Positions 24,247 to 37,390 of a stretch of DNA of 64,000 bases are shown piece after piece. The number at the start of each line of letters is the position of its first letter. The stretch's first letter is position 1. The notes beneath the pieces are model-generated. The model worked only from the letters and a program-made list of their open reading frames with translations, did no database searches and was not told the origin of the DNA. This DNA is from Gordius albopunctatus (taxonomy: Eukaryota). The DNA lies in NCBI GenBank assembly GCA_964276515.1, contig OZ193909.1, forward strand, positions 4,588,001-4,652,000, read 5' to 3'. A program made the translations under genes and the position numbers.

Positions 24247-25935
24247 ATGGAAAAAACTAACGAACTTATAGATGTGTCTGAAAAGACAGACAGGGGCGTA
24301 CTCAAAAAAATTATTAAGGAGGGCACTGGAGATTGTGCACTTGAAGGGGATAAAGTGTCGGTCCACTATACTGGGCGCTTACTTGATGGAACTAAATTTG
24401 ATTCAAGCAAAGATCGTGGAGTTCCTTTTGAATTCAACTTAGGCAAAGGTAAATTAATTATTTTTAAACTATAATATGAAATAGGCGAAGTCATCAAGGG
24501 GTGGGATATGGGTGTTAAATCTATGAAGGTTGGTGAAGTTGCTGAATTAACTTGCAAACCAGAATATGCATATGGTAAAGCGGGACAACCTCCATCTATT
24601 CCCCCTGACGCCACCTTAGTTTTTGAAGTTGAGTTATTAAATGTGTTACCCGAAGATATATCACCAAATAAAGATGGCTCTATTTTGAAATCAGTTATTA
24701 AAAAGGGGGAAGGCTATAGCACTCCTAATGAAGGAGCATTAGTTAAAGGTTTTTACCATAAATTTGTAACTATAAATATTTATTAGCACACATCCAAGGA
24801 AAATGTGCTGATCATGTTTTTCAAGATGAGGATATTGAAATTATTTTGGATGATGATGCATTAGTTGAAGGATTGGTGATAGCATTAAAAAAAATGAAAA
24901 AGGGTGAAGAGTCAAAAATAGTCTTATTTCCAAAATATGCCTTTGGATATATTGGCTGTCCAGAAAAAAATATACCACCAAATAGTAAAGTCGTGTTTGA
25001 TGTTGAATTAAAAGATTTTGAAAAAGTAATGTATAATTATTAATCTTAGTCAAATTTCAATAGGCTAAAGAAAGTTGGGAAATGGATTTAGATGAGAAAT
25101 TGGAACAATCTGCTATATTGAAAGACAAAGGGACACAATATTTTAAGGTATTTATATTAAATACCTAATTTGACATAAAATTTAATATAGGAGGGTAAAT
25201 ATAAAAAAGCTTTAGCATCTTACAAAAAGATAAATGACTATCTTCAATATGAACCAAATGCAAAGGATGAAAAACTACAAACTTTGAATAATGTACATTA
25301 GAAATTTATTTTTAAAGATATAATTATATTTTTTAGCTAAAACATGCTGCCAATTCAAATCTGGCTTTGTGTTATTTAAAAATTAAGGAGTATAATAAGT
25401 GTATAGAATTCTGCAATAAAGCTATAGAAGTTGATCCCAATTCAGAAAAGGCTTTTTTCAGGAAAGGAATGGTAGATACAATATTTTTCTTAATTAACAT
25501 AATATTTGCAAAATATATTTTAGGCAAATTTAGATTTGAAAAATTATGATGAGGCTATAAAATGCTTTGAATTGGCCTTGAAAATTGATCCAAATAACAA
25601 AGCTACTATTCATCAAATGCAAGTTGCATTGCATGACAAAAAACTCCAAAACCAAAAAGATAAAGAACTTTATGGCAAAATTTTTGAGAAAATGTCAAAG
25701 TTGCCACCAATAGTATAATTCAAAAAATCATGATTAATATCTAATTATTGTTTAGGAACAACAACCAGATGTTTTTTCAAAAGCCAAAGAAACTTTTGAA
25801 GATTTAAATAGTGAAGATGAAATGGAAGACGCAATAAATGGTGATGACTCAACAATGGATGGTTCTGGTGATAAGACTCAAAATGATATTCACTCACCAA
25901 ATACTAATAAAACAGATGTTCCTTTAACTAATTAG
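24247..25935 (+). CDS. FKBP4: FKBP4/FKBP5-type peptidyl-prolyl isomerase (2 FKBP domains + TPR), 8 exons
   Basis: [75 protein letters not shown]. Introns approx. 24449-24484, 24749-24786, 25026-25063, 25148-25190, 25293-25336, 25472-25523, 25713-25755; TAG ends at 25935. Confidence 0.93.
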
Positions 25936-26053
25936 ATATTTTATTGCATAATTTCAAAAATTCCTTTTTATCTCCTTGTTGTTAAATGATGTACTGTATA
26001 GTCCTTTTAAACAATAAAATTGTTTATGTTGTACAACCTATTTAAATTACATC

Positions 26054-26540
26054 TTTTTTTGAGAGATAAAGTTATTTTATTGATATATATCCTAACATAA
26101 TATTAAATACTACAATTATATAATAATATTAAAAAGCAATATATCTTCCTCTTTTAGAAAAAGCCAGGAGTCCAAAAAAGATTTGAAATTAATTTTTGAA
26201 ATAAAGCTAGCTATTGATTGTTTTAATAAAAATGTTAGGGAATATTTAGTGGGGGTTTCTTAGCCAACGCCATTTTTCCATAGGATCCTGAACAGGAGGA
26301 AACTATTGGGATAAAAATATTAGAGTCCAAGAGGGCCTTTTATGCGTTCTTCAGCGAGGGCCATGAGGTCATAATTAAGTTTTGGAGGGAGGGGGGGGCA
26401 AATAAATTTAAAAGGAAAGCGTTTACCCATGGGACCAGTGAGGAGCCGTGAGGACGCATTCGACCTTCAAGGGAAGGATCTGAAAGTTCAAGTATGGATG
26501 GAATTTGGGCTTTTTTAAGGGCTGACTGAATCATGGAATC
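26054..26540 (-). mobile_element. 5'-truncated CRE-like RLE fragment (same subfamily as 5797-7230)
   Basis: Nucleotide match to 5800-6345 including CTTTATCTC(A)n 3' end; IQSALKKAQIPSILE..GRMRPHG. Confidence 0.8.
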
Positions 26541-26659
26541 TATGTTTTTTGTGTGTTGCCAACTGATTTCTATGCAAATGCTTTCACACAAGTTACTTTA
26601 TATTGACTTAATTTGGCATTACATTAACCAATTTCGATTAGTATGTGACTAGAAAATTA

Positions 26660-26703
26660 ACTATACTGATGAGCCTTCAATCATAGTGAAAACTTTATGC
26701 GTC
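26660..26703 (+). ncRNA. Degenerate minimal type I hammerhead ribozyme motif (family A)
   Basis: CTGATGA-GCC..AGT-GAAA-ACTT-TA-TGCGTC; aligns with 31468-31510 but helices I and II are damaged. Confidence 0.45.
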
Positions 26704-26709
26704 TTCTTT

Positions 26710-27250
26710 TATTTTAGAGTCACATGCTAAAAGACCAAATTAGTCTTTAATTTAACGTGAACCAATTTCTTTAAGAATATTTGGGGCATATAAATATGCC
26801 CTAGATGACTAAACCATTTAGAAATTCTGGAAAATTTTTAGTTCCGTAAAATAAGGCATTGTTATGATTATCGTACCAACTTACTGCCTTGAAGTTACAA
26901 TCCTTTGCGGAACTTTCTTTTTTTTCAGGGATTTTATATCGATCAATAGGCATTTGAAACTATTTAAGCGCTCTGTTTTTGTGGCTCAGATATTCACTTT
27001 TGATGAGAGACAATGGAATAATTAAGAATTGAAAGGGAGCTAAGTCATTTATGACAGCTCCTTCTATTCCGATTTTATTTGGCTTGGACAACGATAATGT
27101 TGCCTCTTGCTTGGTACTGTTTCAAGGTAACAAGGCAGCCGGTATTAGTGGCCTCACACAAAATCTTTAAACGAAATGTAAAAGGCTTGCTTACCTTTTA
27201 TGAATTGCTTTGCTTGAAATATGGGTTGCACCTACGCCCATGTTATTACC
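26710..27250 (-). pseudogene. Possible decayed Penelope-like RT N-terminal fragment
   Basis: Faint motifs NIIVVQA(DK) and YLYAPNILK..LRLI resembling PLE IIxxADKG and YGLPKIHK..PLRPI; next to an oppositely oriented hammerhead motif. Confidence 0.35.
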
Positions 27251-27796
27251 AGTTAAAAAAATTGTAAAATCAATTTCAAATTCATTGATCAATTATAATT
27301 AAATTATGAATGTTTTATATAAATCAAAGGTCTAAAGCAAGATAATAAAGCCTTCATATTATTTGAGAAGGGGAGTAACGACAGTCAAAAATCTATTTTC
27401 ATCTCTTTTAACTTTAAAACGGCGGACTTATTGCTACAAACCTGAAAATGGGACAAAGTTTTAAAAATCCACCATCTACTATTAAAATCATGGGGTAAAT
27501 TCTATAAGATATCATAAAATCTTTTGGGCCATAATTTATCAACGGAACCAATTCTAACCGTATTTGGCATATTAGGAGGTACAATTTTATATATAAATAT
27601 CATGTATCAGAGAAAATTGAAAATATCGTTTTACCAAGACTTTTTATATCTTAAAATGTTAAAATTTCTGCTATTCTACCTCACCCCCTTTAGACTATTA
27701 TCTTTTGCAAAGAAAAATGAGAAATCATTCATTCCAGTTTTATACAAGCGCGTAGCCCATTATTTTCTCAATGGGGGGGGGGGGGGAAGCTGTCAA

Positions 27797-28825
27797 AAAC
27801 CCGGCAAACGTTGCTTTGCCATTTATCCGGGTGTATTAAATTATGTTGGAATTTTAGGGCATATATGATGATAAAGCGGTTATTGAAGTAAAAATAAAGT
27901 TTGATGTCTATATGTTCTACTTCTATTGTTCTATTTCCGTATACAGTGCAAACCGTACGAATACTCGAAAACTACTGGACCGATTTGGCTCGAACAAATT
28001 TTAAAACCTGATTAAGAATATATAAAATATAATCGGTAAGTGTTTATTATGGAAAAAATTTCAAACAAATAGTTAAAGAGGGTCCAAGGCCCACCCAAGA
28101 GAGAAAACCTGGCCCTATGCCCACCCAAGGGAAAAATCTTTGGCCCCCTGGCCCTTCAGGTAATTTTTTGTAATTAAGAAACAATATCATAATTATTTGT
28201 TTCTGAATAAAACTTTTAATTCTGAACTTAATAATGTCCGAAGAACTGAGATATATCAACATTTATTAGCACTTTGTTTAGAGTATTTTCATTTTTCTTC
28301 TTATTTAACGCGCAAAAAATGATAAAATGAGATTTTTTTAATTTATTTAGCCACGCAGGAGGGGACACGACCGTCCTATAATATGAATTGACGTGGAGAA
28401 TAAGTAAAAAAAAATGACTTTGATTTAATGTTTCAAATCGTAAAAAGTTTCCATTTTCCGCAACACATGCCTACATTTATCACACTACACTACCTACACG
28501 CATGACTAAATAACTGTATATTCAAATTTTCAAAGAACACGATAGATACGCAGTACGTCATGAGGTTGCGTTTGATTGACATTTTATTAAACGTCAAAAC
28601 GTATAAAACCGGGAAATGTCCGATAATTTAAAAACGGAAAGGTATTTTAGGAATCTCCCTGGGCATCTACGGCTAAATTTTACGCGCGAATCGGGCCGGT
28701 AGTTTCAGAATTTAGCCCTTATCCACATACATATACACACACTATCCGGGGGAGTATACCGTCGTGAATAAAGATTTTCGAAAATGCCGTAGCGGGCATC
28801 ATAACAATGATTTATATATATATAT
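27797..28825 (-). mobile_element. Non-autonomous Helitron copy (inverted relative of 15708-17971, without the MITE)
   Basis: 27797-28510 is the reverse complement of 15960-16010 joined to 17380-17965; 5' part carries the CTGAAACTACCGGCCCGATTCGCGC motif of 61312-62276. Confidence 0.78.
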
Positions 28826-29878
28826 TTTACTATTTTTTTGTCATTTATAAAAATTCTAGGATTTGAATTAAAAAAATTTTAAAATAGGACAAAGCTAATG
28901 TTTCAAATTTAAAATCGTCATTTTGGGCAAGGCAATTTGGACAGCATTAGTGAATTTGTCAATTAAAGAGTTTGCCCCGGCGGGCAATTTAGTTATCAAA
29001 CCGTGATGGGCTTTATTTAACAGAAAATTTTAGACAAATATGATCAATGATAAAGTTATTAATCTTGTGTATAAAACATTTGATTTTTCTTTTGTCGAGC
29101 GATTGTCATTTTGAAATTTTACCTGAAGAACGAGCATTTAATATTGCAAATTCATTCCATCGATGTCTTGAATCCTATTTCTTAAATAATTTAAGCTATT
29201 GAGTATGGAAAAACTACGATCATTAATGCACGAGGTGTTAAGAAAACAAAAAAGCGTGGTAAAAGCTTTTTGCAGAAAATTTATTTTTAAAATTATAGGT
29301 ATATATAAAAGAATCAATTTAATATTTTATAAAAAAGTTAATTTATGGCAAACGCCAGTGATTTATATCATTGTTTATAGCTATAGGTGAGACATTTAGA
29401 ATATAAAAACTTTTTAAAACATGAATAGAGATTAATTGACTGTGTTTTATTAATGACTTGTTTGTCATTAGAATTGGTATATTGTCAATCAGTCCTCTAT
29501 AAGAATAAAAAATATTGATTTTATCTCTATCCCCCCCCCCTTTCACACAATAAACAAAATTCACATTTCGTACTTCCAACTTAGATAATGCCTAATCGAC
29601 AATAGGAAGAGTTGAGAAAGATGGATATGAGAATTATAATGAAATTCGATCATAAGTTTATGGGCAACAAGTTATACTAGAAAATGCGGGGGGAGTGCCC
29701 CCTTTTAACGTCATTAACAATCCAGCTACAAATGTACTTCGCCACAATTAACGTCAAACCCCGACACGCGCAAAAAACATAATTTATTAAGTATAACATA
29801 CAACGACCTCATTAGGTGATATGTAAAAAATATTTTAAGTTAATATCCCTTTTGCAATTTGCAAAAATGAGCGGGTTT

Positions 29879-32800
29879 TCATTCTGGTTCAGCATATTCG
29901 GCAGCAATTTTTTCCTCAATCTTGGAATCTCCATACTTAACTATGCTGCCTTCCCTTTGGGGATCTTGAGAGGGATAATGAATCGTTCTGTTACCATAGT
30001 GCTTGCCAACCGGCATTGTGGGAGGCGGGAGCATCGCTCCTCCGCTAGTCTGTTGGTTGGCCGATGCTGCTACATACCCGAGCCAAAATTAAAATTGAGG
30101 GCACAGAAATTTAAAAATGCTCAGTATTAATTAATTAATATTAGCAGCTAGTAATATTTCAATTATTCAAGCTTTTTTTGATCTCAAATTTATATAATTT
30201 TATGTATAATACGTGGGTAGATTAGTGAAGAGTTTAGGCATATATATATTTATCATATTTTTGATTCCAAAAATAATATATAAACAACTGGGTAAAGTTA
30301 GAAAAATAATAAACGACATTAAAATAGAAAACTGAACAAATAATTGACATTGTACTACGCGAAAAATTAATTCTATAAACGGCGCAATAATCTGTTCTCG
30401 TTATAAAATTTAATAGCTTGAAAAGTTTAGGTTATTTCGAGATTTGAATCTTACTCAAATCGTGCATTTTACAAACATTTTTTTACACAAATTAAATTTT
30501 TTTATCCATTTCCGTTTCTAACACATCTGCTTAGTAAAAACAGCAGAAAGCACTAATTACTATACAACCACCTATCTACATTGACATAAATTTTTCAAAC
30601 AAAATAGTGTTTTTCTTTAATAATAGAATTCAAACTCAACCTGGCATACCAATGTCATGTAGCTATATAATATCAAGGACCAACACTTCTGTAAACTTTT
30701 ACCCTTCCAAAATATCACCTAAATTTTAAATTATAAGCGGCAGTAAAATTAACAGTGTAAATATAATCTATTAAAAAATATTGAATCTAGATATAAATGT
30801 TTTTGTCACGGATCAGCTCTTAAACTTGTGAATTTTTTAAAGACCCCGAGACATATACCGAAATGTATACCTGGTGGAGGTGGAGGAACCATCAAGGAGG
30901 GCAAGAGGGCCGGGTCTATTTTGGGGGCCATGTTGAAATCTCCAGTTCCTCCCTCTGGGTTTATGGGTGGAATTGATTGAGGGGGCGGAGGAGCAGGCGT
31001 AGACAAGTTGAAGTAATTTTGAACGATCTCCTGCGGCGGCAAAGGCAATGCTAATTTCGAATGAAAATACAGAAAAAAAACAAAGTCATTATAAAGCAGT
31101 AGATGTTGTGATGTTAAAAATGTATAGCTTAATTTATAAACAATTTCAAGCCTTAAATTATTTAGAAATAATATATGTATAAAAATAATTTATATAAATA
31201 AGAGTAATAAAACCTCAATTTATTTTCAATTAAAATTGACATTAAGATTTTTAATGATTCAAAGTACACTTATGTAACAAAGGCAAATAATTACCAGTAG
31301 GCAAGCCGGGGACCGGTGGTAATATGTTGGCCATGTATTGTGCGTCGCCTTCCATCTGTTTTTTGGTCAGTTGTCCGTTTGACTTGCCCCATTTCAAAAT
31401 CAATCTTCAAAAAATTTATGAATAAAAAATTAAGCTACGCAGTAGTTATTCATTTAAAATTAAATATGACACACTGATGAGCTCTAATAATAGCGATAAC
31501 GTTATGTGTCTGTGATCATTTACGAGTGACACGCTATAAAGATAAGGAAATATTTAAAATTGACCATAGATGGCGCTAATTATAGCATACTTTTAATTTA
31601 ATGCGGCACTCCTAAAAGAGGGTTGAAATTATTATTTTCTTAAAAGGGTGTATATGGTGGTAATCACAGGGGCCCCTAAAAGATGGAAAAAATTGTTTAA
31701 TGCAAAAACCTTCAAAAATTTAAGTTTTGCCCCCCCCCCCACCCCCAAACCTGGTTACGCCCATGCCCAGCACTAAACTTTCCGGAAGTAAAATCTGCCT
31801 GTAAAAGCTTTTCAAGATTTTGCAATTTAAACGGGGGAAAATATGTGTGATAATAAATTACCTGCGCCCGTTGAGGATGAGTTTGTTGTAACTCTGTTCT
31901 GCCGCATTTTCAGCCGCTACCCGCGAAGTGAATTGGATGAAGGCGCATTGCTGTCGCGCTATGATAGACACCGACCTTATTTCTCCGTACTGGTAAAAGA
32001 AATTTCTGTCGTCGCCAGGCACCCCAATGCGTAAATGTTGTAATTAACAAAATTAATATTTTTTTAAACTACTCCACAATTTTATGTTTATAATTGGAAA
32101 AAAGTTGGACGAAAAATAAGAGGTGAAGACAGGTGCGAGATTTTTCCTATTTTAAAGTCGGCGTATAAATTTTTTTAATTGCTATGTTTTTATTAGGTAA
32201 AATGGTCCACAAAGTATACAATAAAAACTCTTTGTCAGATTCGTCAAGAGCCACAAATGATTTATAATTAAATTTCGCCATTGAAACTCTTCGACTCACA
32301 ACAAATAATAACACGGGTCTACAAAAAAACACCTTACAATCGGATCAAAAATTCTAATAGAGAATTTTGCGCTTTTTATTTTTTTCCAAAGCTTCTAGTT
32401 TTTTTAAGAAAAACAAGGTTAAAGATGAAAAAATACCCTTTTTAACCTTTTATGAGCCTATATTGCCATGACATTTTTAATCTAAACTGAAAAATAAAGT
32501 GTCATCTAAACGTCTATTATTTGAATTTTTGTCTCACCTTTACATCTAAATTATTCGCGTTTGCGTAAACTCCTTCCCTTTATTAAAATTCGTCCCACTA
32601 TGGTTGGGAAAGGAGTACTCTGACTTAACTGCGTTCGTTATGTTTACTAACACATCTCTCTCTCCCCTTCTCCTTAAGATTCAATTCATCACGTCGCCCT
32701 TATTAAAGGTGCGAGAAGTTTACCTGAGATCTTTTTCGGTCACTTTGCCCTCTCCCAAATTACCCACGTACAAAGTACTGATGCTCTTGTCATCCGGTGC

Positions 32801-35433
32801 CTCCAATTTCGGCATGTCCTGAGCACGTCGCAAAAGCTTATCGGCTACTGGGTCGTTTACGCCGTAATAGCGATCCCTAATATTTTGATCCGAGAGAGGG
32901 TCGTCAGGATCAGATGGTTTTTCGTGTCTAAATATTAGAATTAATTTATGGATAGAAAGAGATTCGATAAATTAATGCCCAAATAACTAAATTCACTTGA
33001 TTTCGCAGTTTGAGTGATAAGTTTATTACCGTAGCTTCTCTAACACTGCTTTTATAGGCGATTTCAACCTTCAGCTCTGCCGATTAAATCTCTATAAGAC
33101 CTGACCGAAGAGCTAAAAAGAGCTTTACAGGTGTTTAAGATGGATTGGGAAAGCAAAAAGGTGTGAGGATCTTGGGGTAGACAAAACGAATGTAGGTTTA
33201 TGGTGTTTCGATTATTATAACGCTGTAGGTTTTTCAGTTTGACCAAGTACAAATATATTATAAATATAATGTTATAGCGCCTTTGAGGCAGAACTTTCAC
33301 TTATGACGTTAAATTTTCGCTTTATATGTATAACTTTAGGAATTCTACTCGGTAAAAACATATTTTTCGTAAATTTTGGGAGGTGAATTTATTAAAGCAC
33401 ACGTGTACTTGCTCAAGTAAGTATTATCGAAAAATATCAACCAATTTCAAAATTTTATAAAATTAACAATATATACGTATGATATAAAATGTTAGAAAAT
33501 AACTAGTAACCTGTAAGGGCATTCTTCACCCCTTTTACATTCCCCCTTGACCCAGAAAGAACAAATGTGGGGACGATTTCTTTTGTAATAAGGCGCCGTA
33601 CGAGCTAGTTTGAGCAACATGTCGTTGGGATTTTGCATTTTCCCTAAAGGATTGTGCGTCTCGGCCAACTGAGATAAAACGATAAAAAGTTTCGAAATTT
33701 GATGGATTTAAAGCAGGCATCTAAAATCTATTTTACTGAAATGCAAGTTAACATTTTAGAATTCATCATTCACTCATATAGAAAATATGAAACAAAGCAC
33801 CAGAATTATACTTTAACCTTATGTTGACCAATATTTTTAAATCATAATATATATATATATATAATAAGAGGTTTAATGGTGGGCACATACCTCTTTTTCC
33901 ATGTTTTGTATGAAATATTCCTTGTTAACCGAGGATTTGGGTAGGTCGTCTTTCATTTTCAACGCTGCATCTCTAACCTGAGTTGGTAACCCTGTTATAA
34001 AATACAAATTTAATTTTCCACTGCCAAATAAATTACATTTTTGCCATTGTAAATCAAATGATAGCCTGCTCAAACTAATATTTCTTGGATAATTTCTTAA
34101 ATAAATATCTTATTTAACCTATGATATATATCTAGCAGTTATGTTTTCCCATTTAAAAATAAACATTTTATATATTAAACAGCAAGATGTGGAATAAAAG
34201 AAGAATGTCTAATAACTAATTATGACACCATAAAACCTAACATTTATAATAAACGTGTATCATTATAGAATATGTCCAATTTAAAATACAATCTCAGGGA
34301 GCAAGTAAGATTTAAATATTGTTCCTCCTTGGGTAGGCCACTCAAAAACACAGTAATTTATGAACCAAATTCTCTTTAATGTTATATGTACCATATTCCA
34401 AATCCAATAGACACGTTTGACAAATGTTCTTGATTTTGCTACATGTCTGGCATATTTCAGTCTTTTTAAAACGCATTTTGGCACCCGGGCACCAACGAAA
34501 CACGGTAAAAGGTCTTTCACAAATTTTGCATTCTTGACCCCATTTTTCTTTTGTCTGAAGCCACATAATTTAAAATAAGAATCTTGAGTATAAACATTTA
34601 CAAATAATATATTTTAACACCATAAAATTTTGTATGAGGCTGCTTTTATAAAAATGTTTGATTTATTTTTGATAATTACTAATGATCAGTTATTTGAGAG
34701 CAAGTATAGAATAACCCAAAGTGAAATTTTCTAATTACTCCCCTAAGATTTTTAACATGCTTTATATCTTTAATTAAAAAGGTAAAGGTGTATTTTATTT
34801 AGGTCAATGTTGATTGGGTAGCTTTATATAATTATAGTGAAGTGAGTAGATCTGACTGGGTAGCATTACAATGATGCTTTAAAAAGGTAATAACTGCAAG
34901 TTAATCAACAAGTATAATATTTTATGTTGAATTCATATAAATAGACATATGTACTAAGATCATTAAAGGTTAGTATTAAAGTTTGAGGTAACATCAATAG
35001 CAATATATAGAACAAAGAATATTAGTTATAAATATCTATACCATAATGTGTTCAATAATTTATTTGTGCAAAAAAGCTAATAAATAACAGTTAAAATATA
35101 AATATCATTTTTACATGAAATAATTAACTTCATTAAATAATATGGATACAAATATTAAAAGCCATTTAGTTTCTACAAACTATGTTATACTAACATAATA
35201 TTAATTAAGAAACATTAAATAATTTCTTAAAATATTACAAACTGCAATGTATATATTTAGTTTTAATTTTCAATGTTTACATACCATTCTGATATAAGGA
35301 TTATCGCCCAAGCAGGTTTGACATAAAATTGGGAAGTCCTATAAATACATTTTATATTGAATATATATATGAGGCTTACTGATTCTTCCCAATTTAGGCG
35401 ATTGTAAGTATTGGAGCCTTTTGCGGTGGCCAT
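29879..35433 (-). CDS. RBM22: Pre-mRNA splicing factor RBM22 (Cwc2/Ecm2), 10 exons
   Basis: [36 protein letters not shown]/..[24 protein letters not shown]/..[38 protein letters not shown]/..QQCAFIQF/..KWG/Pro-rich/[10 protein letters not shown]. Exons approx. 35380-35433, 35285-35338, 34392-34554, 33890-33990, 33511-33668, 32724-32927, 31862-32004, 31295-31404, 30870-31049, 29879-30070. Confidence 0.94.
31468..31510 (+). ncRNA. Minimal type I hammerhead ribozyme motif (family A), antisense in an RBM22 intron
   Basis: GACACA-CTGATGA-GCT ctaataat AGC-GATA-ACGT-TA-TGTGTC: 6-bp helix I, 3-bp helix II, palindromic ACGT loop III; one core change (GAAA to GATA). Confidence 0.65.
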
Positions 35434-35579
35434 TTTCTATGAATAAGTTCTAGTGATTACGTGGTACTTAGGGTACGTCTAAAATTTTTGGTAAATGTTG
35501 TTATTAAGATGAGTATCATTGTCAATGGATTCGAGGTTTAACAAAATCAAATGCAAACTATTTATAAAATTCTAATTTG

Positions 35580-37390
35580 AAGCGTCGAATACGATTATAT
35601 AGACTAGACTTTCTTCTCACTTTCAAAAAAATTTGCGTGCATCTTTTCCCAAGGTCCCCTAGGTCAAGGCCATCTCACAGCTTTATTTATTCGAGGCATT
35701 AGAGCATTAGGCTTGCATAAGTCACATTGTCTAACCCGCTTTTCAGTGTTTTTCGATACTCCAGGCCACCATAAATACTGCCTGGCGAAAGCCTTCATTT
35801 TAACCGTACGAAAATGTCCCTTATGCAACATTTCTAAAATTGCGGGTCTAAGTACATCGGGTAACTTATCGGCTCTTTTTAAAAATCCGACTTCGATATA
35901 CAGCTCACACAACGCTTTTTTATAATGCTGCGGCACCTCTTATGGTGTTTCCTCTCCAATTAATATCTTGTTGACCACATTAATATCCCTATCAATGTTG
36001 CAAGTAGAGATGTCTTCCATATCTACGATTTTTAAGGCATCGTGACCGCCAAAAACCTCGCGTTAAAATGGAGACTCCTTCGAGCTAGTATATTACGGAC
36101 CTAACCTAGACAAAACATCCGCCAATCCGTTATCGTCTATCTTATGATAAAACAACGTTAGTGTAAAATTACCTAACACTAGTAACCAACGCTGCAATAT
36201 TCAGGACATCAACATTTCATTGTTATCTTTCCGAAACAAGCCTATCAAAGGTTTATGGTCTGTATAGATGATGAATCTTTCACCTATGAAAAATTCCCTA
36301 TACCGTTTCAGCCCATACACCATAGCCAAACCTTCTTTCTATATAACAGAGTAGTTAAGCTTGATCTTATTAAATTTTTTGGCAAAATACATTACCGGAT
36401 ACTCAACTTCATCCTCAAGCTGATATAATGCGCCTCCCACGCCATTATTTGATGCGCCGACCACCAAAACATGCTCTTTTGAAGCGTCACAGTAAACTAA
36501 TACCGGTCTCTCTAAAAAAGTCGCGCAAATTGTCAAAATAATTGTTCTCAAATTGCGTCCATTTAAATTGCACGTTCTCTTTAATTTATTCATTTAAAGG
36601 AGCTGACCACCGAGTTAGGAATGAACCGATTATAATAAGTTACATTCCCAGAAACGACTTTAATTTCTTTTTATAACTCGGCGCTTTCAACTGCTGTATA
36701 TCTTCAATTTTACTTAACACTGGACGAATTGTACCTTTACTTAATACGTGTCCTAAATACGTAATCTCTTGCATATAAAAAAATACATTTTTTCGATGAT
36801 AACCGTAAACCTTTTTTTCATTAAATTTAAAATCATGTCTAGACGTTTGTCATGCTTGTTTTTAGTAGATCCAGTAATCAAGATATTGTTTAAATAATAA
36901 ATTACACCCTCCATGTTATCAAACAAGGTAGCTATGATTCTTTGAAAAATCGGCGATGACACACTAAGACCAAAAGGTAATCTTTTGAAAGCAAACAATA
37001 CTTGGTTAGTGTTAATAGTTAAAAGTAACGCCGTTTTGCAATTAACCTTTAACTGCAAATAGGCGTTTGCAATGTATATTTTAGAAAAAGAATTCGCACC
37101 ACCCAAATTAGATAAATTATATTATAATCTGGGTAATGGATTTTTGACGTAGACCACATATTTATTGACCGTAATTCTATGATTAGCACATACCTTAACC
37201 ATCCGTTTTTTTAACTGGAACCAGCGGGGTAGCTCATTAGGAAAATTCAACGGGTTCTACTATGCCGTCGGCAAGTCATTTTTCCAAACCTGTTCTACCT
37301 GTTCACATAACAAAGTATGAATACGCATCGCTGGGCAAAACCTAGGTTTAGCATTCTCTTTAAGCCTAATGGAAAAAATACCATCCTTTT
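35580..37390 (-). mobile_element. Decayed Ty3/Gypsy pol fragment (RT, RNase H, integrase zinc finger)
   Basis: ATPLVPV, FSKI..AYLQL, KRLPFGL, GVGGAL..YF..NYSVI, TDHKPL, LHKGH..YLWWPG..C..C; many lesions. Confidence 0.85.

Noticed and set aside
31050..35280. Intronic snoRNAs in RBM22
   Set aside because: No sense-strand box C/D pair with a terminal stem, nor a convincing H/ACA hairpin pair, was found.
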